Virus record (IMG/VR): IMGVR_UViG_3300025277_000062
Location: 1-35,911 of that record
DNA: 35,911 nt
DNA from: a virus
Lineage: Duplodnaviria; Caudoviricetes
Direction: 5' to 3' (one strand)
Each line of letters opens with the position of its first letter. Position 1 is the stretch's first letter. Shown in pieces: positions 10,601-18,312 of the stretch. A program made the position numbers and the translations under genes. The notes under the pieces are model-generated. The model had not been told where the DNA came from and ran no database searches. It saw only the letters and a program-made list of their open reading frames with translations.

Positions 10601-11261
10601 AACTCCTTTCTATCAAGATCAAGTAAGATTAGCCGGAGTACGATATACTAATGAAGTAGTTATGAACCCCCGGGCCGTAACAAGGCCTATGTGGATGTCT
10701 GATCCTAAGCTCGCTTTGTTTTCTCAGTTAAAAGGTTTCCAAGTGGCTTTCTCTAACACTGTTTTAAAACGATGGATTAGTGAAGTAAAAGACACGGGAT
10801 TTTATGAAGGGGTGCCTAATGCCGCAAAGTATTTTTCTGTTGGGGCGATTATGGTTATCGCTGCAACTCTTGGTAATGAATTGAGAGAGTTTTTACAATA
10901 CGGTCCTGAAGGAAGTAAACGTTATAAAGATGAAGATCTCAATGAGAAACTTTTAAGGGCAGTAGAAAGAACAGGTTTCTTAGGCCCTGTTCAGTTTTTA
11001 ATGGACGCCGCAAGAGCAGAGAGATTTGGATCTGGTCCTGTTGAAGCATTGATGGGTCCTGTTGTAACAAGGCTCGTGAGTTACTTAGAGGGGATCGCTG
11101 ACCTCATGACACAAGGAGAAAAGAAAAAACTTCTTCGGGAAATAGTTAAATCAATACCAATTGTAGCGTCAACCCCCGCAATTCGTGATAGATTTTATGA
11201 AGCATTGGGTGTAGAGTCCACGTTTGGGAAGAAAAAATCTTTAACAGCGATAGGCGGCTAA
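7677..11261 (+). CDS. Large internal virion/ejection protein
   Basis: 1194 aa; Gly/Ala hydrophobic segments in the N-terminal third, helical C-terminal part; size and position match the largest podoviral core proteins. Confidence 0.6.
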   Translation: MVESWLDPAKILGLKETVDTTQIEIPEGLFADEMSTTIGMEEDVVPEEDDDGNEFTKGLQRQWNNVQSLTGDALEVYGNLIGNENLSDYGRGVSIKNKLEAQAVGAPEVARVEDVTSENLGSFVASSIGEALPSLVPLAAGATGARTLSNFIPYLRAIKYGKAAVTALGALIPAVTLGVGEASQTQKDFMQRLTGSPVGEVPDDWAALFTGIKSGSLDAVTMIPILQAFKRGGGVVKSIKEIEDVFGVSTGIATKAAAAVPGIIMTGGKVGVIEGVTEMAQEKVFMSDAEKVTGFKISKEEEQSRLLNSMVKGSIGGTTIGGGAQIVSNILPANVPTDSGLKLNDIEEGTVIKYPNFTTFNKEVTEADKQKIIENYGAVFPDGINNEQDFLKLQRAEINNIVDKPARKTLQMVYDMGGRPISANYYKKGPEQIRYNVLGKDGILSERPELIDTSFLTRYKKNLGLGWDALVNATVGKSVSALDDLASRSKTAEGVRADFAYFDDGRGKKKVQDATIDEAIIMNMGKYSTKVEQAIQSISKILRLPFTSRLKAKTNRQLYQILTNPKFNLDPKNKAKIPANVIKAGKLIREGFEDLYQYVIDAEHTRGGIAFEGKTVGFTPGKVNNYFPIMIKYKKLQSDSKFRAEFENMLARNGFTDPAATVSDVIENRGFMNLTDTEGQMDPTKKAGNIERERKLKNLDPEQLGPFINTNVVDVFNRYRDSVIRRVEYAKRFGKENEILKSRINEIEAEVQAKGRPMTENEKQRMFNIAKALQKQYKPIENNFFRKLNAALITYGYILTLPFATISSLSEPFLVLTRGGAGPTIILKSLFSGMKGIVRSVFPRFPRDEFDIAVADIGLGLEASVLERQAAAFGGGQETNKITEKFFRLNFLSQFTRWNRMLANASGRNMVFSHARFLSSNMKRLDLTSVEELPQTGRYKVYAEQLRELGVNPNDAVAFVRSEAYRKGNVEEYKATPFYQDQVRLAGVRYTNEVVMNPRAVTRPMWMSDPKLALFSQLKGFQVAFSNTVLKRWISEVKDTGFYEGVPNAAKYFSVGAIMVIAATLGNELREFLQYGPEGSKRYKDEDLNEKLLRAVERTGFLGPVQFLMDAARAERFGSGPVEALMGPVVTRLVSYLEGIADLMTQGEKKKLLREIVKSIPIVASTPAIRDRFYEALGVESTFGKKKSLTAIGG

Positions 11262-11265
11262 TATA

Positions 11266-12234
11266 ATGGCAGAGTTTACAGACACAAAAGGGGCATACCT
11301 TGAAGCGCAAGCGAAAAAAACGCGGCAAGATAAAATCAATGAGATAAAAGAAAGCATTGGTAGTCTTGATCGCCGTGTTCAAAAAGCTCTTAGGTCGGGG
11401 GATACAGATAAAGCGAAGGACCTCCGTTCCAGGCAGAATAAATTCACTACTGACTTAGGATTAGAACGCGCCATAGAAGCAGGAGGTGTATTAAGACAGG
11501 GGGGCCCAGACGGAAGAATTGTTCGTTCTTCTAGGACAGGCCAGCCTATCATGACCGGTGCCGGTCATGATATATTTAGAGAAACAAAGGATAAATATTA
11601 TATAGACCCGACAAGAAATTTACAGAATACAAATCCTCAAGCGTATGCAAAAATGTATCCAGTAGCCAATCTCCTGCAAAAGGGACCTTTGGTAGCACAG
11701 GGACTAAAAAGTTTATTTGATAAGGGAAAGAGAAGAGATATTCCCTACGCTAATCCTGAAACTCTAGGTTTGCCGGGAACAGAATTTCCTTTAGGATATG
11801 CAGAAGCTCTCGGTACACCCGAAGCTTATAATCTTGGAAACGGAAACAATGAGATTCTTGCTAATAGCGTCGATGGTACGGCTCCGATAAATGTAAATGC
11901 AGCCGGTTTAGATTTATCTGATGGTTATCAAGTAATGCCCGCAGGTAATAATACTGTGATAGGCGACGGAATTTTTTCAGGGACGGATGTTTCAGGAATG
12001 AACCTTCTTGATTATTTTAATTTAAGGGACCAGCTTCCCAATGAAGGAATATTTCAACGAGGAGCCAATGTCTTGCAAGAAGGATACAATAAGATGCAAG
12101 ATGATAGGGGTTTTGATATTGATCTTGAAAATCAACAACTTGAATATAACAAACCACTTTGGGGGGGAAACTTAAGACTTTTCGGTAGCCCTGATCAATC
12201 AGGAATATTTTATTCTAGAGAGTTGGGGGTATAA
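11266..12234 (+). CDS. Hypothetical protein, probably virion-associated
   Basis: 322-aa ORF co-oriented with and 4 nt after the previous gene. Confidence 0.55.
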   Translation: MAEFTDTKGAYLEAQAKKTRQDKINEIKESIGSLDRRVQKALRSGDTDKAKDLRSRQNKFTTDLGLERAIEAGGVLRQGGPDGRIVRSSRTGQPIMTGAGHDIFRETKDKYYIDPTRNLQNTNPQAYAKMYPVANLLQKGPLVAQGLKSLFDKGKRRDIPYANPETLGLPGTEFPLGYAEALGTPEAYNLGNGNNEILANSVDGTAPINVNAAGLDLSDGYQVMPAGNNTVIGDGIFSGTDVSGMNLLDYFNLRDQLPNEGIFQRGANVLQEGYNKMQDDRGFDIDLENQQLEYNKPLWGGNLRLFGSPDQSGIFYSRELGV

Positions 12235-12422
12235 TGTTAAGCGTTCGTGATTGGATATGGGTAGCCTGCATTGTAGCGGGCATAGCTTTTACAAACGGGA
12301 TGCTTTCCTCACGGGTCACGGCCCTTGAATCAAGCATTAAAGATTTAGATTTATTGCGTATTGATGCACGACTAGCAGTGATAGAAGAACAAGTAAAACA
12401 AATAAATAATAAATTAAATTAA
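12234..12422 (+). CDS. Small membrane-anchored coiled-coil protein (possible lysis accessory)
   Basis: N-terminal hydrophobic helix WIWVACIVAGIAF followed by heptad-like repeats; TAATG coupling. Confidence 0.55.
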   Translation: MLSVRDWIWVACIVAGIAFTNGMLSSRVTALESSIKDLDLLRIDARLAVIEEQVKQINNKLN

Positions 12423-12622
12423 TTTTCTAAAAATTCTTTTAACCAAGAACCCTCCTTTAATAATTCCTTATAATGCCAGGTACAATATTCCTTGCTAAAG
12501 TCCCATCCATAGTGTTCATTATATATACAGTCACGCATAAAGGTTTGGTATGGAGAATAGTAACGCCAAATTGAAACACTTATAATAATAGTGGCACAAA
12601 TAAGAATAATTTTAATCGTCAG
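12419..12622 (-). CDS. Small membrane protein with a non-ATG start (absent from the ORF track)
   Basis: 67 sense codons, LTIKIILICATIIISVSIWRYYSPYQTFMRDC...LEN; fills the gap after 12638-12847; begins at CTG right after an in-frame TAA. Confidence 0.45.
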   Translation of the reverse strand: MTIKIILICATIIISVSIWRYYSPYQTFMRDCIYNEHYGWDFSKEYCTWHYKELLKEGSWLKEFLEN

Positions 12623-12637
12623 TTACCCCACTGCTTA

Positions 12638-12847
12638 TCATTCTTTCCATAAAAACTCTTGCTTAATGGTAATTTGCATTGAATCTTTTGTTTGATCCTT
12701 ACTATCATTGGCCTTGTCCACTTCATCCTGTCCATAGGTTGTTGTCACACTAGTTTTGTGGGGCTTCATAGATAATCCTTCATACATCGTGCAACTTACC
12801 ACAAACAATATAAGCAGAAAAAGAATAACTAAAAGAATAATTCTCAT
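12638..12847 (-). CDS. Putative lipoprotein
   Basis: Signal peptide MRIILLVILFLLILFVVS-C with lipobox-like Cys; ATGA overlap with the upstream gene. Confidence 0.6.
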   Translation of the reverse strand: MRIILLVILFLLILFVVSCTMYEGLSMKPHKTSVTTTYGQDEVDKANDSKDQTKDSMQITIKQEFLWKE

Positions 12848-13083
12848 GCACTCACCGGAGACTGCATTCCCGCAATAGGGAAAGCGTCAAAAGGGATGCA
12901 AAAAGCCTCTGATTTTATTTTGTTTTTATAATCCTGGTCTTTGTTTTTATAGGCTATATTATAGCTATCCTGTGCCGTTAAGCATTTTTCTTCATCAGGA
13001 TAAATATAGGCTGTGTATTTTACCGATGGCTGATCTGGCATGGATATAATCATCAGCAGTAACCAAATTTTAATCATTTTCAA
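12844..13083 (-). CDS. Small exported/membrane protein
   Basis: Hydrophobic N-terminus KIWLLLMIIS; two Cys residues (EEKC, AFCIP). Confidence 0.6.
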   Translation of the reverse strand: MKMIKIWLLLMIISMPDQPSVKYTAYIYPDEEKCLTAQDSYNIAYKNKDQDYKNKIKSEAFCIPFDAFPIAGMQSPVSA

Positions 13084-13187
13084 CCTTTACACCTTTACAC
13101 GTCTTGTCGTACAAACGATGACACAGTTCACAAGAGTATTGTTGGTTTTTCTTGTGTCTTTGTAAAAATGTAAATAGTGTCAATTGT

Positions 13188-13349
13188 ATGCAGCAAGAAC
13201 AAACACTCAAGATCTTATCAGATTTAACCAAAAAAGATATTGAAAAAATGTATGAAACCAAGGCATACTATAGCAAACGCTACGGTTGGACATTGCGTCG
13301 TGTTGCTCCCCCTGTTACCTCTACATCAAACCTTCCTACCAACAGGTAA
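13188..13349 (+). CDS. Possible small hypothetical protein on the opposite strand
   Basis: MQQEQTLKILSDLTKKDIEKMY... looks protein-like and fills the gap between minus-strand genes; no clear RBS. Confidence 0.3.
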   Translation: MQQEQTLKILSDLTKKDIEKMYETKAYYSKRYGWTLRRVAPPVTSTSNLPTNR

Positions 13350-13778
13350 GTTCTTTATATAATCTATCATTCTTTTAAGTTCTTCTATATTTTCTTTAAC
13401 CATACCTAAAGCTAAATTATGCCGGTGACACAAAATACCTCTTGGTAAAAGATCTGAATTATTTCTGTAATCTTTTCTTGTATATCGATGATCATGATCA
13501 ATAACTAATTCTGATTCATTGCTTCTTCCTTTTATTCGTGTGGGAGCTTTGTCATAAAGAACATGTGGGCCACATGCAGGGCACTTTGTATCTTGTTTAA
13601 GCCACCAGTCAGCAACAGGTTTTCCCCATTCACATTTAATCTTTCGGTATCTTAAAGTTATTCTTCCGTCTGGAGTAGCACGTAACTTTGCTGCTTCTTT
13701 TCTTCTCGATCTTCTAATAGCTTCTTTTCCTTTTTCAGTCATAATATACCTTTCTTGTCTTTTATTTGCGTATGCCAT
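13326..13778 (-). CDS. Endonuclease VII family (His-Me finger) nuclease
   Basis: CPAC ... LVIDHDH ... RGILCHRHNLALGMVKENIEELKRMIDYI. Confidence 0.85.
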   Translation of the reverse strand: MAYANKRQERYIMTEKGKEAIRRSRRKEAAKLRATPDGRITLRYRKIKCEWGKPVADWWLKQDTKCPACGPHVLYDKAPTRIKGRSNESELVIDHDHRYTRKDYRNNSDLLPRGILCHRHNLALGMVKENIEELKRMIDYIKNLPVGRKV

Positions 13779-13779
13779 A

Positions 13780-15642
13780 TTATTTTGCCTCCCCCCATGA
13801 GGGACCTTTCTCTAAGTCAATTACACTGGGTATATTTAATTCTACACAATGTTCCATTACCTCAATGATCTTCTTCGCTTGCTCTTCTGATTCAAAAGAA
13901 AGATCGAGTTCATCATGAACCTGTATTAAAGGTAAGAAACCTTCTTCATATAGGATAACCATAGCTTGTTTAGTTTGATCAGCGGCGCTGCCTTGTATTA
14001 ATCTATTCAACGCTTTGTATGTCCACCCTCTTTTTATTCTAGTGAACCCACCATACTCACGTTCAGCTTGTTTTTTAGGAAGAGGTAGTCCTGCTCCAAA
14101 TTCCCATGGCTCCCATAAATTAAAACGACATTTGCGTCCTTTGATTGTTCTAATAAAACCTACATCTCCTGCTCGTTTTTGTGCATTCTTAGTTAGTTGT
14201 TTAACAAAAGGTACATTAGTATGGTATTTAGAAAAAAGATCTTCAGCTTCAAATTCTGTAAGATTTAATTCATTTGCTAATTTAGCTTTGCCCATACCAT
14301 ACATCATGCCTAAATTAATTGTCTTTGCTTGTTTACGGTCAATGCCTGCCATGTCTGCTACAGTTTGATGAAAGTCTATGTTGCCGGATTGATATCCTTC
14401 GACTAAATGCTGTGCCCCCTCAAGCTTAGTTAAGGCTGCATAATGTACTAGAAGACGTGGCTCTTGTTGAGAATAATCAAAGCAGCCCCAGGTCTGTCCT
14501 TCTTCAGGAATAAATAGTCTTCTAATTAAAGGGCTTATATCTTTATTGCGAGCAGGGATTTGTTGCAGGTTTGGATTCTGCATACTTAACCGACCAGAGA
14601 TCGTGCCTCCCTGCTCATTTCTCATTTGATTTATTTCAGCATGAATCCGCCCCTTGATCTCGTGCTTGAGGATACTGTCAATGAACGTGGTTCTCGCCTT
14701 ATTAATCTCACGAGCTTCAACAACCAACCTTGCAAGTGGATTAGAATGATTCGACAAAAAGTCCTTGTCAAAGCGAGGCTGTTTAGACTTCTCAGTGCGC
14801 TCATAAGATATCCCTGCCGCATCAAAAGCCTTGGCGACAGATGTCGGAGTCCAAATATCAACGTGGATATTTGTAATCTCATGGATTTTTTTAAGTATCT
14901 TTTTCTCTGTAGTATATAAAGATTTTTTTGTTCTCTCTGCGTGATCGACATCTACTCTTACTCCCTTCTTTTTCATTTCAAATAAAACAGGAAATAAATC
15001 TGTTTCTAATTTGAATACATCTATAAGTTCTTGTTTAACTATTTCACGTCTTAACACGCCCCATAGTTTTAATGTTAGGGATGCGTCCTGTTCAGCGTAG
15101 TGGCCCACATACATGGGAGGTAGTCTCCACATCTCAGTCTTTGCATCAACACCCCACTCCTTAGCTGCTTCATATAAAGCAGTTTGCGCTTTTTTTTCTC
15201 CTACATATTTTCTTCCTAACTCATCAAGAGAAAATCTGTTGGGTTCGTTTTCATTTACCAAAGGACCGGCTATCATCGTATCAATAATACGGCCGTGAAC
15301 CTTTAGCCCCATTTGATGTAACCACCCTACATCATAAATTGCATTATGAAATATTTTATCACACGGTAATTCTAAAATTTTTTTAAGCTGTCTTGTAAAA
15401 ACCTTTTCATCTATATTGCCCCCGCCTTCATGACGAAGAGGAAAATAACCTTGCCACCCTTCAACAGCTATAGCTACGCCAATAACATAACCATTACTCA
15501 CGGCCCAACCAGGCCCTATTTTTTCACTCAATCCCGAGTCTCTTGTTTCTAAATCAATGGCAATTTCTTTTGCTTCGCTTAAATCAGGTATCCTTTCCGG
15601 AGGGAGCCATTCAATTTTAGTTTGAAATAAGGGTATCTGCAT
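13780..15642 (-). CDS. polA: Family A DNA polymerase with 3'-5' exonuclease domain
   Basis: ExoI AIDLET, FHNAIYD, YAEQD; motif A FDYSQQEPR, motif B RKQAKTINLGMMYG, motif C IQVHDEL. Confidence 0.97.
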   Translation of the reverse strand: MQIPLFQTKIEWLPPERIPDLSEAKEIAIDLETRDSGLSEKIGPGWAVSNGYVIGVAIAVEGWQGYFPLRHEGGGNIDEKVFTRQLKKILELPCDKIFHNAIYDVGWLHQMGLKVHGRIIDTMIAGPLVNENEPNRFSLDELGRKYVGEKKAQTALYEAAKEWGVDAKTEMWRLPPMYVGHYAEQDASLTLKLWGVLRREIVKQELIDVFKLETDLFPVLFEMKKKGVRVDVDHAERTKKSLYTTEKKILKKIHEITNIHVDIWTPTSVAKAFDAAGISYERTEKSKQPRFDKDFLSNHSNPLARLVVEAREINKARTTFIDSILKHEIKGRIHAEINQMRNEQGGTISGRLSMQNPNLQQIPARNKDISPLIRRLFIPEEGQTWGCFDYSQQEPRLLVHYAALTKLEGAQHLVEGYQSGNIDFHQTVADMAGIDRKQAKTINLGMMYGMGKAKLANELNLTEFEAEDLFSKYHTNVPFVKQLTKNAQKRAGDVGFIRTIKGRKCRFNLWEPWEFGAGLPLPKKQAEREYGGFTRIKRGWTYKALNRLIQGSAADQTKQAMVILYEEGFLPLIQVHDELDLSFESEEQAKKIIEVMEHCVELNIPSVIDLEKGPSWGEAK

Positions 15643-15649
15643 AGGCCTC

Positions 15650-16513
15650 CTATTTTATTTCCTTTATGGTTTTTTGAATTTCATCATATCGCAGCTGCGC
15701 CCACTTATATTCCCTGTGTTTTACATCTCTATCAGTGGCGATAAAATCACTTAGCCTTTCACAAAACCTTTCATAATACATATTCCATTCCTCCCCCTCA
15801 ATAATAATGCGCTTAAATTCTTCTTCACGTGTGACTATCAAGATAACTCCTTTTTTAATGTTAGTTCTACATTGTAAATTATGAGCCATTCCGTATGCCG
15901 CCACTTGCATTTTCCAATCCTCGGTCCATTCTTCTTTAGGCATTTGTTTTTTTGTTTTAAAATCAACAATGGCTTCTTCCCCTTCATAAACTCCCACGAG
16001 ATCAATAACGCCCCGGAAATAAATGCTGTAATAAATATGAGCTTCTACTCCGTAGACCCATTCCAAGCGATCCTTTAATCCTTTTTCCAATATTATATTT
16101 CCCATCTTAGTTGCGAGCTCAGCGTAGGGGTGGTATGCGGGATTGACAAGGGGAGGATAGTTTGCATATTTTGATTTCCATTCATCACCAAGCCTCCAAT
16201 TAATGCAAAATTTCCAAATAGAATTTTCCAGATATTTGTGCATACTTTTTCCAATGCTTATTCCTTCTTCAGTAATTCGGTTAGCTTCTTCTTCCCCCAC
16301 TCTTTTTCTCCAAGCCTCCAGTCCAGCTTTATCTTTTGTGCCATCAAGTATTCTTGTAGGAGAAAGTAATAAATGGGAGTCCTCGGGCCATCCATACCTA
16401 TCTTTTTCTTCGTTATAAAAATCATTATACTTAAAAGTAATTTCTCGACAGCTTTCAGGATACATTCCCACTGTTCGTTTTCCATCCTTGCTTCTTATTG
16501 TTGTTTTTTTCAT
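15650..16513 (-). CDS. PD-(D/E)XK exonuclease (RecB-nuclease/MGME1-like)
   Basis: SPTRIL, LEAWRKRVG, GKSMHKYLE, RGVIDLVG, IVDFKT and QVAAYG motifs. Confidence 0.85.
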   Translation of the reverse strand: MKKTTIRSKDGKRTVGMYPESCREITFKYNDFYNEEKDRYGWPEDSHLLLSPTRILDGTKDKAGLEAWRKRVGEEEANRITEEGISIGKSMHKYLENSIWKFCINWRLGDEWKSKYANYPPLVNPAYHPYAELATKMGNIILEKGLKDRLEWVYGVEAHIYYSIYFRGVIDLVGVYEGEEAIVDFKTKKQMPKEEWTEDWKMQVAAYGMAHNLQCRTNIKKGVILIVTREEEFKRIIIEGEEWNMYYERFCERLSDFIATDRDVKHREYKWAQLRYDEIQKTIKEIK

Positions 16514-16773
16514 TCTTTATCCTGTATTTCCCCTGCGATTGCCGCGTATCCCGCCATGTCTACGTAACAGTCTTCCGTCTTTCTGTGTTTCAGTCGTGCT
16601 ACTTTTACAAGGAGCATACATATTGCCACATCATGAGGCGATATTTCTGTTTCTAAATAAGCACTCCATAAGTCTGCGATGTTTTTATGGTTCTCATATT
16701 TATTCCCATAATCATGTTGTCTTTGTCCCGTTACAACTTTGATAGCCTTGTCTAAATAATCTCTTGTTCTCAT
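16510..16773 (-). CDS. DUF6378-like phage protein
   Basis: RQHDYG...NHKNIADLWSAYL...HDVAICMLLVKVARL...DCYVDMAGYAA; start at 16773 has a GGAGG RBS. Confidence 0.75.
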   Translation of the reverse strand: MRTRDYLDKAIKVVTGQRQHDYGNKYENHKNIADLWSAYLETEISPHDVAICMLLVKVARLKHRKTEDCYVDMAGYAAIAGEIQDKE

Positions 16774-18308
16774 TACACCCTCCAAAACATTTCTGAAAAC
16801 TCTTTATCATTTTCTGAACGCACCATGTGCAATTCATTTTTTGCTCGTGTCATTCCCACATAGAAGACCCGGCGTTCTGCATCCCTATTTTTTCTATACC
16901 CCTCATCAACACGGTGGGATAACTGAGAAAATAATAATACATTGCTTGCTTCCCCGCCTTTTGATCCATGAATAGTAGAGAGTTTAACTTTTGCTTCATG
17001 GTTTAAATTTTGATTTCGTCTTAATGAAGCCAATAAATAAGCCAGTCTTGTTGGAGATATACGATCTAACGCTACATCCCATTGCATAGTCTGGGGTAAA
17101 AGTAATCCGTGATTATCTATTAAATCCCCATGGGTATATTCTTTATCTTCACTGGCCCGTGGCATTGTTTTGAATCCATACTTTACTCCTGTATCTACAT
17201 TCATATAATGATACATGGCCTTTACGCCTTCTAATGTAATAGACCGGTTGCGTGTAAGTTTAGTCCAACTATTAATAGCTAGGAGTAGACGATCACTCAC
17301 GGATTTAGAATTGTGTCGTTGATAAAATATCCCCCGCGTTTTTAATTCTTCTTCCACTTTGTCTAATATATAATTTGTTCGTGCTAAAATTAGCCAATCA
17401 TCTTTTAAGAAATCTATATTACGATAGGGATTGGTTTGAAGTTTTAATACCCCTTCTCTCTCTGTAGCCCCCCATTCTTTTTGTACTCGGTGGTTGTGTC
17501 CTATACGGCCTATTACAGAATTTGCCCGCTGTTGCACGGCTAACGGTACACGGTACGATTGATTTAAAATAATTCTATTTCCTGTCTGTTGTTTAAAGCG
17601 CCACGGGTGTGCGCCCGCCCATTCAAATATAGCTTGATCATCATCCCCGGCAATATAGGTATGAGTAGCATTTTTAGATAAAATGTCTACCATATTCCAT
17701 TGAATTGCGCTAAGATCTTGCGCCTCATCTATAATAAGTAAACGAAACTTAGGAGATACATTACGTTTAATAAACTCTAGGATCATATCAGTGAAGTCCA
17801 GGAAGCCATTTTGTTTTTTATATTTCTCTAATCCCACTCCTATTTTACGTAACTTTAAAATACCCCCAGGCAAATGTCCGGTCTGTGGCTGACAGAATTG
17901 ATGTTCTAAACTAACGTCTTTGATCCGTGCAAGATCTATAATATTAATAAACTTATCATCTTGCCAACCCATTCCATAATTATCATATTTATTTGCGGGG
18001 TTAGATAATTTTACATTTAATAAATCAGATACTTCTTTGTAATCATTATCATCCATTAAAGAGGAATCATTCAAACCTAATTCTCTGTACGCTAAACTAT
18101 GTAATGTTCTAAAGTATTTAAAATCTTTTTTATCATACTGCGGAAACCGGTCCACGGCACGAGTAATAGCTTCCGTTGCTGCCTTGCGGGTGTAAGCAAA
18201 GTAGCCAATTTCATTTGGTTCGAAACCTTTAGCTAATCCCTTCTCTACAATATCTAAAAGTTCGGTTGTCTTTCCTGTACCTGGTGGGCCGAAAATAATA
18301 TTCATCAT
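16773..18308 (-). CDS. UvrD/Rep-like SF1 helicase
   Basis: GPPGTGKT, RTLHS, IIDEAQD, GDDDQAIF, QSYR, STIHGSKGGE and YVGMTRAK motifs. Confidence 0.93.
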   Translation of the reverse strand: MMNIIFGPPGTGKTTELLDIVEKGLAKGFEPNEIGYFAYTRKAATEAITRAVDRFPQYDKKDFKYFRTLHSLAYRELGLNDSSLMDDNDYKEVSDLLNVKLSNPANKYDNYGMGWQDDKFINIIDLARIKDVSLEHQFCQPQTGHLPGGILKLRKIGVGLEKYKKQNGFLDFTDMILEFIKRNVSPKFRLLIIDEAQDLSAIQWNMVDILSKNATHTYIAGDDDQAIFEWAGAHPWRFKQQTGNRIILNQSYRVPLAVQQRANSVIGRIGHNHRVQKEWGATEREGVLKLQTNPYRNIDFLKDDWLILARTNYILDKVEEELKTRGIFYQRHNSKSVSDRLLLAINSWTKLTRNRSITLEGVKAMYHYMNVDTGVKYGFKTMPRASEDKEYTHGDLIDNHGLLLPQTMQWDVALDRISPTRLAYLLASLRRNQNLNHEAKVKLSTIHGSKGGEASNVLLFSQLSHRVDEGYRKNRDAERRVFYVGMTRAKNELHMVRSENDKEFSEMFWRV

Positions 18309-18312
18309 GGCT

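Noticed and set aside
4754-11382. Minus-strand ORFs inside the virion genes (e.g. 8135-8761, 5380-5658, 6475-6780)
   Set aside because: Antisense shadows of long coding frames, with Ser/Ile/Phe-rich composition and no RBS
13070-13261. Minus-strand 63-aa Cys-containing ORF
   Set aside because: TTG start without an RBS; reads largely as the antisense of the plus-strand ORF at 13188. Not fully excluded
15650-16513. Cas4 / CRISPR-associated nuclease
   Set aside because: Lacks the four-Cys Fe-S pattern and sits in the replication operon; an ordinary phage PD-(D/E)XK exonuclease
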